A DNA stretch of 46,963 bases, filler included, from Catajapyx aquilonaris (GCA_000934665.2; 2 parts of 2 records of this genome joined end to end with filler, not necessarily neighbours in it), one strand, 5' to 3'. Positions 21,860 to 34,480 are shown, counted from the first letter of the whole stretch. Translations and numbers: made by a program. Notes: generated by a model from the letters alone, not told the origin.

Positions 21860-22327
21860 ATGGCTGGTTCAGAGCAGGCCAACACTTACACCGCTGAGTT
21901 CAACATGTCCTTCTGCACAAGAGACGACCAGGAGACATCTCGAGTGTGTCTAACTGAAGAGGATGCTCCATCCTTCCTGCTGCTTCCCGGACTATCCTAC
22001 ATACTTCACAGTGATAGTAGGAACATACTGGATCCTCCTGAGTGTGGTTGGAGGATTCGGCAACTTGCTAGTTCTAGTGGCCATTCCATACGCCAGGTGG
22101 AGGACAACAGATCCTCGAAGTCCCCTGAAGAGTTGCACCACAGTCTTGCTCCTAAGCCTGAGTCTGGCGGACTGTCTCTTCTGCTTCACCTACATACCAG
22201 CAGCAGCATTGGCTTTCTCATACTATAAGTGGATACTAGGAGCTAGGTTCTGCTACTTCCTCTCTTTCATCGGCTATTGCCTAGCAGTGGCCTCACCCAC
22301 TTCCTTAGCAGCAGCTACACTTAGTAG
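21860..22327 (+). pseudogene. Type-A GPCR exon 1 (A4) with a 4-nt frameshift; later exons absent
   Basis: MAGSEQANTYTAEFNMSFCTRDDQET; gctccATCCttcctgc versus gctccttcctgc in A3; continues CCFPDY...ATLSR, donor at 22328, then repetitive sequence. Confidence 0.85.
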
Positions 22328-22330
22328 GTA

Positions 22331-22715
22331 CACTGAAAACCTGGAGTGCATTAAAATATGCACGAAGTGAATATGTGGAGCAGAATATGCACCTATCACA
22401 TGAAATTATGCACGAAATGTCAATGGTTTGCATTATTTTATTCACTTTTGAAAGCTGCATAAATTTATGCAGCGACAACATTCGCTAAGTAAGTAATTAA
22501 ATTCACGATATGAATGATGTTATTCATATAGTGCATATTGACGTCATTTTTATTCATTTCATGCAGTTTATGCAGTAAGTGAATGGAACAAAAGCAGTGC
22601 GTTATTTTATTCACTTACTGCATAAACTGCATAAAATGCAGTAAGTGAATGAAATAATGGACTGCTTTTTTCCATTCACTTACTGCATTTATGCGTTTTA
22701 TGCAGAAGTGAATAA
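22331..22715. repeat. TGCAT/AGTGAAT-rich repetitive element with internal inverted repeats
   Basis: Repeated atgcagtaagtgaat / ttcacttactgcat motifs in both orientations, starting right after the A4 donor. Confidence 0.55.
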
Positions 22716-22736
22716 ATTAAAGGTTTGATTAGGGGA

Positions 22737-22873
22737 TGACGTCATGCGTGTGACGTCATGATGAAGGTCAGGTCTATCGGGCTTGCGGTGATACAAGACT
22801 GAAGCAGCCTTCGTTTGGCAACGGAAGGGACGACGGAAGGCGGGGCCGCGAGTACAATGGACACATCAGCAAC
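22737..22873 (+). promoter_or_regulatory. Candidate promoter (2x CRE, 2x ETS, GC box) and first exon MDTSA|GTAAGT
   Basis: TGACGTCA at 22737-22744 and 22751-22758; CGGAAG twice; GGCGGGGC; ATG 22857 with a consensus donor at 22874. Confidence 0.5.
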
Positions 22874-23440
22874 GTAAGTAACCTAGATAACCAAGTAATA
22901 ATGTATCAGTATTTGTTGACATTTACACTGCTGTCGTACTATATGTTTGATCTGTTCCTCTATGCAACACTCCGTTTCTATTTGATTTCCCCCATTTGAG
23001 TGCATTTTTGGCGTTAGCACTAATTACTGTTCCACTTACAGCAAAAATGGTTTGTTTTGGAAATCGACTTACTTCACTCCAAAACGTGACTCCACATGGC
23101 TTCAAAAATAATTAACCACAAGGCGCGGATAAAAAAGGAAATGAAATATGTAAGTATATATACAGTAATTTGTGTAATCATAATCTTTAATATTTCAGAG
23201 TAATAATGTTATTAATTACGCAGCAATTAATTTCATGCATTTACTCCAACCCCTTTCTTCCAGACATAGCCGCATCCGTACCGGAGATTGTGGATATTGA
23301 ACATAGGAAGGATGGTACATGTAGAATTGCACACTTCTCATCCATCTAATATATATAAAGCCCCAATCCGAGGAGGATATAGGATGGAAAAGATCTCCCA
23401 CTTCCCGAGGTCGGAGAGACGTCGGACTTACGCCGTTGTA

Positions 23441-23540
23441 NNNNNNNNNNNNNNNNNNNNNNNNNNNNNNNNNNNNNNNNNNNNTTAATTAATTAANNNN
23501 NNNNNNNNNNNNNNNNNNNNNNNNNNNNNNNNNNNNNNNN
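23441..23540. other. Artificial contig linker N44-TTAATTAATTAA-N44
   Basis: Exactly 100 nt, symmetric Ns around a six-frame stop spacer at 23485-23496. Confidence 0.95.
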
Positions 23541-25815
23541 TTGCTCTAATGAGTGTCACTACCTTCAGGTGGAAGGACATCATTATCAGCCCGCGCCATC
23601 TACCTTAGGCTCAGAACTTATTGGACGACCCTCGTATATCTGCACACATGGAGGGCGTTACTGAATCCCTCCGACACCCAATTGCAAGCTCTATATTATT
23701 ACTTCGGTTACATTGCGGATTGGATAAAAAACTGTTAACGCTAAGGGGAACTGAATTTGTATACCAGGAAATACCAAACCCGTGGGAGTAAGGGAGAGCT
23801 CTGTATTGTATTTGCATTTGTGTCTGTATTATCATTACCACTTGTTGTTTTGGTGTGTCCCTCCCTGCGTGAATGAGGCAGGGAGGTTAAATCAATGAAA
23901 AAATGAAATGAAATATCTGCACACAGTGGATGTGCATTTATGTTTTTTGAAACATTACCCACCACCACATCACTCCCTCCCTTCCTGCCCAACCATATAC
24001 TGTAATAGGACATTAGAAACTTTATTCATTTTAAATTGATTATGTGATTCTGCCACCTGTGGAGTCTTGAGTCAAAACACGTGCAAAATGTGGCAGTGTG
24101 ATTTATGGAACCACCAACCTGTAACAACTCTCAGGGTCGCTGGATTTAAGCATAATAAGCCATCCTCACCATGGCAAGGTGTTGACACCACTGGGGGAGG
24201 GGAAAAACCTTTTCATGTCCAGGCCAAACTGTGTGATGATCTTGCTATGAAAAAGCCACACTCGGCCACACTGTTGGTTGCAGTGTATTTTTTAGGCTCA
24301 CCCAAATGTTTACCATTAGCGGGGTGAGAATTACATAGGATTTTCATTGCAGTTACAACCTTGTAATTCTCACCCCGTGCATTGTCTATGTGGTTAACAG
24401 CCTATTATGCTGTGGTGGTGCTCCTGTGGTGGATGCTGGCGAAAGATGCAAACAAAGCATCTACAGAGGCAAAAATGCAAGATGTGTGGTGGTTATAGCA
24501 AGGCTGAAGTCGTTCACAGAAGTGCTAAACTTGATGTACATTTCGCTTTTTCACCATTACAAAACAAGAGTCTATGCAACTAAAGCGGACAACTCAAATA
24601 ATGACGTGTCCTCCATCACCCCTGACATGCTGGAGAACACCTCAGGGTGGGCGATTTTTGGCTTAAAATTGTGTTTTCTACTAAAGGGCCACATGTTGAA
24701 GGCACCTGATTTTTTTACATAAACTTGATGAGTGTCCCTTCTCATTTGTACAATTTCGACACCATCGTCCAGTAACTTGCATAGTGATATCATGTTGAAA
24801 CTAGAGAGGTTCATTGTGCACACCCTGTATATCATTAGACAACAAAGACCATGGTTGAACAGGTGATCCATGCACATGATAAAACCACATGTAACATAGA
24901 GTATATAGGGAAGTACCTGTTTTACTCCGCTTCATTTTACACCATTTCACATTAACACCAGTTTGAAAATTATGATATTTTTTAAATATTAAATTGGAAA
25001 ATTGCGAAAAATGTGAACATAACAAAGCAATCTAAACATAAGTGCATTGCTGCAACCATTCTGAGTCCAAATGCACTGCAGTAGTGGCGCTTATTTTGTA
25101 TTTCGTGGTGCATTGTGGCAGGCTGTATCCCATTTTGGGCACTCCCTGAAGCACTGTACCTATTGTTACAATACTGGTACCCTACGTATACTGCAGTCCT
25201 TGCCAAAGAAGGAAAGGAACCATCAGAACCCCATAACCCTCAACCTGGAACCTCACATTAAACATGGGCATTAAATTTTTCAAATACTCAACATTAAAAA
25301 CAGCAATATCAGTACTATCTGTGGAAATTTTGGAACCTATCTCATTCACTTATATTATAATAATTCTGTCTCGTTTTACACCAATTCATTGTACGGCGCT
25401 ATGTTGCTGGAACCAATTAATGGCGTAAAACAGGTACTTCACTGACAAACAAGTGATGTCTGTGCTCGAGCATATACATAATTTCATATGTTAAGATTGT
25501 GAAATCTGATACTGCATATTCATGCTGAAGCAGAAACATTATTAATTTTCAAGCTAATTTGTTGGAGTTCTTTAACATGGATCATTTTCTTGACAATTGC
25601 CTCGACATTTGCAATGATTCAGCAGTAGGTTACCTTGCACTCATGACACGCCTACTTTGCTGCTCGATCAGGCTGAATCAGCCCAAACTGTCCCATTTGG
25701 GTTAGTGTGGGTGAATGGTGGGTCTGGCCTGAGCTGGTTCTTAGCAGAACATACCTCCATGTATGAGATTCAGTATGATGACATATTTCTCGCAATATGC
25801 AGCAGTGGGTGTAAG

Positions 25816-27204
25816 CAGGGCCGTATTAAGGCCTATGTGGGCCCCTAAGATGCGATCTTCCAACCTGTGTTTCCCTCCCCCCAGAGCTTATTGTAAGGAA
25901 GTTGGAGAACGGCACAAAAGGCATGTTAAACTTGTAGTTATGTGGAAAAGGTGAAATAAGCCCGCCCCATGCGAAATTTTTTGGTGGGTTCAAGGTCACA
26001 CAAGCTTAGGTGAATGTAACTGACAAAGTAGGCTACAGTGGAATCCTCCTGTACAGTGGTGGCCAATAATCGAGGCAACGACTAGCGACATTTTTCCGAA
26101 GCGGCAGAAGAAGGAATCGAAGATAAGCATGCTACAAGCCGGGCGAGCCAGATTCCTTCTTCTGCCGCTTCGGAAAAGTGTCGCTAGTCGGTGCCTCGAT
26201 TATTGGCCACCATTGTACTGTCAACACATTGGATACAAGCAAATACTGCATAGAAAGGTCGGTCCCTTTCATATTTCCAGCAGTCCCGATAATGTACAGG
26301 TACCATCAAAATTAGCTGTTCAGAGGTTAAGGAAGTCAAATTTCTTTCAAATATTTAGTTTGAAAGGAGCTCTCACCAGATAAGCAACGTTATGGTTAAC
26401 AAATGGTATTGATGGTCATAATTCATGTTCTTTATTGACATAGCTTTAACATAACTCGGAAAATATGATTTCCCCCCAGTATCTTGAACTTTTTATTGCA
26501 CGTGAGAATTTGTGTGTGTGTGGGGGGGGGGGGNGGGGGGGGCGCTCAAAAGTTTCAACGGCGGGCTTAGCCAGCTATTATTATTTATAATTAATTTTTC
26601 GGGTCACCTGTGCTACTTACAGCCAATGATTGCAGGGGTCGAAATTTAAACATTTTCTCCAGATGCAGAGTTTGCACTCCAGACTAATCTGGAGTGCCTT
26701 ATTTAGATGAATCTGGAGCAGAGCCAATTGGAGTGCAAACTTCGCACTCCAAGGCTCAGTTTGGAGTGCAGATGACAGTTTTGGAGTGAAAATAATTGCA
26801 CCTTTGCATCCGAATATTTCGACCCGGCGATTATTTACCTGTTGGGAGGGGTCCCGGAGCAGAGGGGCCCTGTTGAGCCCACGACATCTTTAAAAAAAAT
26901 AACACATTTCGATTGTTATGAAATTAATGCGTGTTTTCGATGTTTATTATTATTACCAATTACCTGAAAAATTATAAGTGTATGACTGCTAAAGCAGTGC
27001 AGGGGCCCCATATGTTCAATGGCAAAAGTAGCAGACCAGCCCCCCCACCCCCCATCGCCCCCGTTGGAGGGGCCCAGCAACCCGTACACACCGGCTCTGT
27101 GTATTGATGTATACAATACAGTATATCGGGCCCCTGCGGGGCCCATAAATTTTGTTGGGCCCGGGGCTCGTGCCCCGGTAGGCCCCTTAGGTAATACAGC
27201 CCTG
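25816..27204. mobile_element. Non-autonomous hAT element with nested insertions
   Basis: TIR cagggccgtatta / taatacagccctg; 8-bp TSD GGTGTAAG at 25808-25815 and 27205-27212; GGGCCC subterminal repeats. Confidence 0.88.
26054..26215. mobile_element. Tc1/mariner-type MITE nested in the hAT element
   Basis: TA|cagtggtggccaataatcgaggca...tgcctcgattattggccaccattg|TA, ~65-bp arms. Confidence 0.88.
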
Positions 27205-28101
27205 GGTGTAAGCATATACACAGGTATACACCATGTGACTACACCTCTATGTGTGGATATGAACATACCGTACTTATTGCGGAAATACGTACTGTACAGT
27301 ATAACATGATCGGTGTTTTAAGTGTTCAGAGTACGGACACGGATATAATGGGTGCCAGGCCGATCCGAGATGCCCATTTTATGCGGGACAGCACTAGCTT
27401 CGTGATTGCAAGGAGAACATCCCAGCGTGCCATCATTGCAGGATGGCGGGGCACCTGCATACGGACCATCCAATGTGGGCTAAGTATTGTCCGATTTGGG
27501 CCAGACGGAGGGAACAGCTGAGATTACGTGTTCGAAATGGCCAATAAAGGAGGAGGCTTATAAATGGGACAAATCAGCGTCTGGAAGGGGAAGACTTTCC
27601 TATCCTTGCGAGGAATTTTTTCGATATTTCCCTATCCTTGAGAGGACCTCTTGCCTTACGAGGACTTTTTCAGGACCTCATATGGTACACAGTCCTCACA
27701 AGGATAGGGAAATATCGAAAAAATACCTCATATTTACTGTCAAAATATATGTCACCAAAATTTCGTGTGTTTTTTGTAGGTTAGGTTAGTTTTAAATTTT
27801 TATTTTTCGAAAATCCTCACAAGGATAGTACATTATAATATTTATGTGTGTGTGTGTGTATTTGTTTTTGTGTAAGGGGTTGTGTAAGGGCCTTAATGGC
27901 TGGGTAAGTCCAATAAAAATATATAACAATTATAAAAATATAACATGGCTAAAATGTGTTATAACCTGTTTTGTCTGGACTAGTTTATTTGCGATTGGGA
28001 TCGCATCTTTAAAGCTATACAAAATAGGCCCCATAGCCAAATGCAGAATCCTCACTCAAACTATACACTTTCCTTCTCATTCACTGGCATTGTGACCACA
28101 G

Positions 28102-31100
28102 AAGATGAGATATGCCGACCTTGTAGAGGCAATGAAGACACTCAAATCCTGGGAGATGGAAGGTGAAGAGTTTCACAATAACTGGATCAGCATTAAAAAG
28201 CCATTTCTCAAGGTATCTGCCAATAAGTGGCTGGACCAGTGGCAGAAAAGCAACATGATCCAAGAACATCATGAGACCTACATCAAGAAATGCAAAAGGT
28301 GCCAGCAGGTATGCGAAGAATACACAGACGTTCTTGACAAAGTCTTGGAAATTGGCGCTGCCAAGTTATCAGCACTTTCCAAGGAAGGAGAACACTTCAT
28401 AAAAGGCGAGGTTGTCCAAGTCCTTCGCAGAACAATGGTAGGAGTCATGTACTTGATATGCACTTACACTAGTGAAACCTCAATTCTGTTTTTGTCAGGA
28501 CCCCTCAAAGGAAAGTGTGGATTTGGGAAAACAAAAAATGTGGGAGCCTATACCACATAAAGTTTGTTCTGAGATCCTAGGAATTGAATGATGGATCTGG
28601 AAACTATCAATCGAGGTTTAACTGTAGCCTACTTTTCTAAAATATCTAGTCACGTCAATTGGCACCAGAATTGAGAAAACACTGTTTTCTATCAAATTTA
28701 TGGCATACTGTATAACATAAGACAGCCTTATTCAAGTACTATAACTGGGTAACAATAAATGCTGATTTCAATGACTCAATGAGCATGGTAAAAGAAAAAA
28801 CACGTCCAGTTCAAAAAGACCCCAACTCAGTGGAAACAGCCAGTTTGCACTTTTTATCATTGCATGTGTAGATGGACAAAATCATTTCTTGTCGCCCACT
28901 GATGAAGAGAATAACTTATATTTTATACATACAGAAATAATGTTAAAACTACAATTTCACCAATTAACTCATCTTTATTAAGCAATAAAGAGATATCTGC
29001 TGGGTGCAGGAACTATGCGTTTGGCATGTCTGGTTCAGGAATATGTGCAACAATGTTTTCATGACAAGATTCATATTTTGTGTTGCATGTTTTATGAGAA
29101 ATTATTGTTCCAAGCAATAATGGATATGGCCATTGACTGGAGCTATGAAAAGTGGGGTCAGTGCAGGTGGGTGGGGATTCTTAGGTGCTTTTGTCACCTC
29201 TTGTGCCTGGCCAAATCCGTTGTTGCTTCTAACAATGAAAGGGTGCACACAGTTCCCATGCTAAATCTTCATATTGATCAAACTTCATGGGAACAGAAAA
29301 AACCTAAACTGAAAATTAATCTACAGCCAGTCTAGATAATTTGAGTAAATTACTGTCCCCACTATAACCGGTTTTGTATTAAAATCTGGAAAACTTTTTT
29401 ATTTACAAAGTATTATTCTTAATGTTCCCCTTGAGCTAGGGAAATTGAAGGGGAGACAATGCAAAGGTCCTAAGTGCCAAAAAATCCTGATTTGAGTTAT
29501 GGGTGTCAAGGAATCCTATGTGCCATCGCCAATGTTGGGTAGAAGTCCCAAGTGCCAGAAAAATCAGTAAGGTTCTGCATTTGGCCAATAGATGGGGAGG
29601 TTGCCTATTTTGTTTTGTTTTGTTTTGTTGAGGAGAAAGAAACATTCATAACTCAAAATCAGGGGTTTGGCACTTAGGACCTTTGCATTGTCTCCCCTTC
29701 AATTTCCCTAGCTCAAGGGGAACATTAAGAATTTTGGCCAAACATTAGCATTATATCCAATAAGGGAATTTTTTCCAGATTTTAATACAAAACCGGTTAT
29801 AGTGGGGACAGTAATGACTACCGGTATTGAATATTTTAAAGATGCGAATGGTCTACAAAAATGGCGTAATAATACAATACCGTAAAATGGGGCTACTTTG
29901 ATCCTGCTTTGGTCCAAGCACATACCAAGTACTTCAAAAATGCATAATATGGCAGGTATAATGATACTAACTACATGTAATAAGCACAGTCAGAATCACT
30001 TAGGATTGGTGCATCCCATGGTGCATCTGTGGTAAAGGTGTCATACGTCTAAGTTCAGAAACCCGCCAGCAGAGGGCTACTTTCCACCAGTCACTTTGGC
30101 ACGCGTTTTCAAGAAGTCCGTACTGTTAAGAACAGTTATGCAAGGATTTGTAGTACATTTAGTTGCTGTTTCAGTCATATGTAAGTCACGAAATAATGCT
30201 TATCAGGAATTGTGAGGGGGAAAAGAAATCAAAAAAGTTGTAAGTGCTGGGGGTTACTTTGGTCCAGAATATGCTTGGACCAAAAGAAGCCCCAAGACTC
30301 CTTGCACATTATGGCCATGATAAACTGGGCTCTCTGGGTACAGTCAGTGAGTAAAAAACGGGTCTCCATGCCATTACCAATGTAATACCGTACCAGTAGC
30401 AGTTGTACTCACATACAGTATTTGATTATTCAGACAAAATATCATTAAAAATACAGCCTATCCAGACAAATATAGCCTACTTCTGCTTCGAATAATATCC
30501 AAGGGACCTCACATCTCCAAGATGTACGCATGTCTTGGCCTATATGGATTATCTGGACCAATAACACTCAATGGGGTTTAATTCAACCATGGACATTTTT
30601 CCAAGGGATTCATCATACTGGACTAAAGTAGCCCCCACACCATGGGGCTTCTTTAGTCCAACTTTGCCATTTTCTGTACAGCGTTACTGTATATAATCTA
30701 CACTGCACGAACAATAGTGCAAAAGTGTTGCTAAGATGTTCAAGAAACATGCATAATTTTTTAAAGTTCAAAACTGCAATAGTAAGGAAGATATTAACCA
30801 ATATAACAAAGTAGCCCCATTTTACGGTATATCTCAAAACATGAGATCACTGTGAAAAATGGGATTGATAATATCAATATCTTGAAAACAGTCATGCCCA
30901 TGCCCCTTTATTTCCCTATAAGGAGCAGTGGTATGGTAGTTAATTCTGTGAAGGCTAATTAGGCCTACAATTATAGAAACGTGTTTACAGGAAATATTTA
31001 CACATTGGAAGAATGAATTCTACTGATTTGATGGACCAGTCCCACAGTCTGAAATAGTGAAACATTCACAAAAGTTCAAAAGTGCACAGTTGGAGGCCTT

Positions 31101-32433
31101 CTGGAGCCGTTTTGTGCATATAATACGCACTTGACTAATCTCAATCTCAATGACCTGTCTAATTGTGACAAATAACATGATGCATCATGTGAATCATTTT
31201 GAATCATCCGTCTGGGACCACATTTTGAAAGCTTTCAGCAATGATTGCCACAATAACATTATTGCTTGGTTGGTTGGTTGGTTGGTTGGTTGGTTGGTTG
31301 GTTGGTTTGGAAGGGTTACCCAGCTTGTATGGCTCTGTCTGAGCCGAGCCTTGGCAGCCGGGGGTAGGAGAGGAAGGCGTGGGTTGAGAAACTGAGAAGG
31401 GTGGGGGAGAGGAGGGCTGGACCCGGCTGTACTGCAATGCTGGGTCCAACCCAGGGACGGGGGTGGGATATTCTCCCAAGCACCCCGTCCGACCAAGAAA
31501 TACGAGTTGGTCCGAGAGGACCACTCGATGGGCGCCTTGATCTTAGCCAGAGGCTGAGAAGCGTATTACAACAACATTATTGCTTGTGTTTATAGCCCAG
31601 TAACAAGCCTAATGCCAAGTTCCTATGCCCAGCAGTTTTAAATATAACAGGAAGTTTTGATGTTATTTTTGTATACATAAATCTTCTTCCCATCATTGGA
31701 GCAAGGAATATTTTTTTGTCCAATCATAAAGGAAAAATTGCAAGCTTGCTCTTTCCAACACATTGCTTAAAAATTGGCAATTTGATCCTAATACAAGTTA
31801 CCTACTTAATCATTTATTACCATCAATATTTATTGTTACCCAGTTATAGAATGCTTGAATCATATTATAGCCTACTGCATAAAGTTTTATATGCAATAGT
31901 ATTCATGCAGAGTTGTTTCTAGTCAAGGTGACTACTATACATTTCTGGAATATGGTCAGGATGACTTGTAGGCACTATCAAGAGCTAATAACTCTTGGCA
32001 CTATATACATAGAGTGAAGTGAGCTAGGTTGTATCTACACATCCTTATTGTGGCTGCATCTTTATCGTATCTGGCTCCCAAATGCAACTGATTCTCTCAT
32101 TTTTCTAACTCTGTATCCACTTAGACTCCATTCGATGCTACACTTGAGCAGAAGGCCAGTTGGGAGGTGAAGCAAATCCCAAGAAACTCAATCAAGCTAG
32201 AATTCCCAGCCTCTCCTTACTACGCAGCACTCCACAAATCAGTTATCCTTGATGAAGTACAGAGCAACCCATCCAGTGCAGACGATGTAGCTTCAATCAA
32301 ACTATGCAATCATCCAGATGGGCTCACCCCTCTAGACAAGTACATAAACGAGAGGAGGCACATAATGCGCAACAAGATTGCAGACATATTCGAACTCATT
32401 AGCAACAGTCATTGGACTATTACCTATAATTGA
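28102..32433 (+). CDS. Unrecognised protein-coding gene, two probable exons (28102-28437 and terminal 32125-32433)
   Basis: gaccacAG|KMRYADLVEAMK...VLRRTM|GTAGGA and atccacttAG|TPFDATLEQK...SHWTITYN*; both open and protein-like, phase-0 compatible; intervening or upstream exons may be missed. Confidence 0.55.
29353..29811. mobile_element. TA-flanked MITE with long inverted arms
   Basis: TA|ctgtccccactataaccggttttgtattaaaatctggaaaa ... ttccagattttaatacaaaaccggttatagtggggacag|TA, plus inner ~65-bp arms. Confidence 0.9.
29880..30827. mobile_element. TA-flanked non-autonomous DNA transposon (Tc1/mariner-pogo superfamily type)
   Basis: TA|ccgtaaaatggggctactttg ... caaagtagccccattttacgg|TA; internal copies of the ggggctactttggtcc motif. 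Confidence 0.85.
31269..31568 (-). mobile_element. Retroposed element with (CCAA)n tail
   Basis: (TTGG)n at ~31266-31305; 18-bp TSD caa(t/c)aacattattgcttg at 31251-31268 and 31569-31586. Confidence 0.75.
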
Positions 32434-33042
32434 GCTCAGTTCATTCATACATTTGAAGTAAATAAAGCCACATGAAAACCCACCCAACATTGTCTGATTG
32501 AAGCTGCTGATATTATTTATAATCATAACTCTTCTTCATTCATAAGGCTGTGCTTTAGTTTCACATTTCACTTACACTATTGAATGTGCAGGCTGCGTGA
32601 GACATTATTTTGAGCAAGCGTTAAATTGAATGCTTCCATGCAAAAACTTGATGACTTTCCCTACGATTCTGTGGAAAAATGCACTTTGATCCTTTACCTT
32701 GCTAGTCAGCTGCTGTCCTCGCACTTGCGAGACAGACATCATTTCGGACTTGAGTGGATAGCTCTCATCAAGGTGGATGTCACCATTGAATTGTTTCATT
32801 TTGTCTAATGAGCTGTTGTAAAAGGAGTGTATAATTGAAGTGCCTTATGCAAATATGGCATGCATTACATAATATACTGTATATCAATATGGAAGTGATA
32901 AATATAAATTATTGCAGCATGATATATAATAATAAATTAATAATATATAATAATGGGTGATAGGCATACCCCTAGGGGTTTGCTGCCAGACCTTTATTTA
33001 TTTTTGAGGTGTTTTTACAACTTGGAATCCTATTTTTACAAT

Positions 33043-33240
33043 GCCCGGGCCCACAGGCAGGATGACAGGAGGGGATGTGCAAGTGCAGTGCCTTGTCTGA
33101 AATGTGGTCGTTTTGTGAGCTCGCCCGGGTGGATTAGTCGAAGGAAATTCCACCCGAGACGAAGTCAGAGACGACTCTTAACTCTGCACGAGATGAAGGG
33201 GGTGTCCCCGGGTTGAGTTTGAACCCGGGATCTTAACATC
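33043..33240 (-). mobile_element. tRNA-derived SINE family 1, lacking the A-box end
   Basis: Aligns with 4003-4200 (gggcccacaggcaggatgacaggaggggatgtgc...gaacccgggatcttaacatc). Confidence 0.85.
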
Positions 33241-33559
33241 CTCCCCATGTTGGGCCCACATGTAGTAGCACTTCCCTTTTGTACCTATAAAGTTCAGCCT
33301 AGTCTGGTAGGGTCGCCACTTACCTGGGCTCTGAAATGTCTCATGGTGCTCTCAGGTGAGCACCCCCTGCAAAACGCCCCAGCAGGGGGTGGTTGGGAGT
33401 AACCAGACCTTACTTTCTATGACCAGGGTCCAGACGCATTTTAGTTAAAAATTCCTGTCATTACCCCAGAGTACAGCTGCAGGCTATTTTTCAAGATTAG
33501 AAACAGGAAGGAGGAACGTAATGGTCAAGATATTTAAGCAACTAGCAGGGTTTTTAATA

Positions 33560-34480
33560 AGTAGGCCTATAAATGATCCAGCCAGATGACAGATGGACAA
33601 AAAAAGCATTAAAATGGGCACTAGATTCAGAACTAGAGATTAGATGGATGGAACAGGTGAGGGAATTATTTTGGAGGGGTGGATTTGCTTGGAAAGAATG
33701 GCTGAAGGAAGGAGACTACTCAAATACTCAAGCAATAGTTTTTTTGTTTTTTTTTAGTTGTACCCCATTATCTGGCCGAGAGGCCATTTCTAGGGGAGGT
33801 TTTTGGAGCGATACATACGTATTTTAATTGCTCCAAGGGTAATTAGGAGGGGATGTGCAAAGTGCAAGTGCAATGTCGTTATATGGTCATTTTGTGAACT
33901 CCCCCGGGTGGGTTAGTCTAGCGGAAATTCCCACCCGAAACGAAGCCAGAGATGGCCCAACTGCACGAAAGAAGGTGGGAACCCCAGGTGGGGATTGAAC
34001 CCGGGACCTTAACTTCCGTGGGCGGACGCGTTGCCGCGGCGCCACTCCGTCTCCCCTCGACTCAAGCAATAGTTAAAAATATAATAATATCGACCCAACA
34101 ACAGGATTTACTAGAAATGCAAGCCTCGTCCAGATACAGTTACTACATCGACTTAGTCCCAGAAAATGGTCTAGCATGGTACTTTCTGTATTCGCTTCCT
34201 CCATACCAATGGGCAATTGTTCGACTGCTTAGTAACCTCAGAAATCTATCAATAGTATGACTGTTATATAAAAGAGTATAAACTGAGCTTTCCACTAGAG
34301 ATGACATGCACCTTCTGCAATTATGATGAGGATTGGTCAATATATTGTATAATTATGAATGTCCCTTTTTTAAATCAATAAGAATGACCAACTTAATACA
34401 AATTTTCAAGGTACCAAAGGATAAAGAATGGTACGACTCTACATGGACAAAATGTTTATTCTGTTCCCAACCCCTGGGTC
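33560..34480 (+). mobile_element. Degenerate 3' part of a non-LTR retrotransposon, interrupted by a SINE
   Basis: PDDRWTKKALKW...W..QVRE continuing across the SINE into SSRYSYY..., and a ..YECPFFKSIR zinc-knuckle-like remnant; multiple stops. Confidence 0.55.
33741..34059 (-). mobile_element. Full-length tRNA-derived SINE family 1 with poly(A) tail and TSD
   Basis: 15-bp TSD actcaagcaatagtt (33726-33740, 34060-34074); poly-T on the plus strand; A-box TGGCGCCGCGG, B-box GGTTCAATCCC. Confidence 0.92.

Noticed and set aside
23541..23738. Terminal coding exon at the start of the second contig
   Set aside because: Too short and truncated to tell from a LINE 3' end or a chance ORF
22857..28437. 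Joining the MDTSA first exon to the 28102 exon
   Set aside because: Separated by an artificial linker, and the phases (2 versus 0) are incompatible
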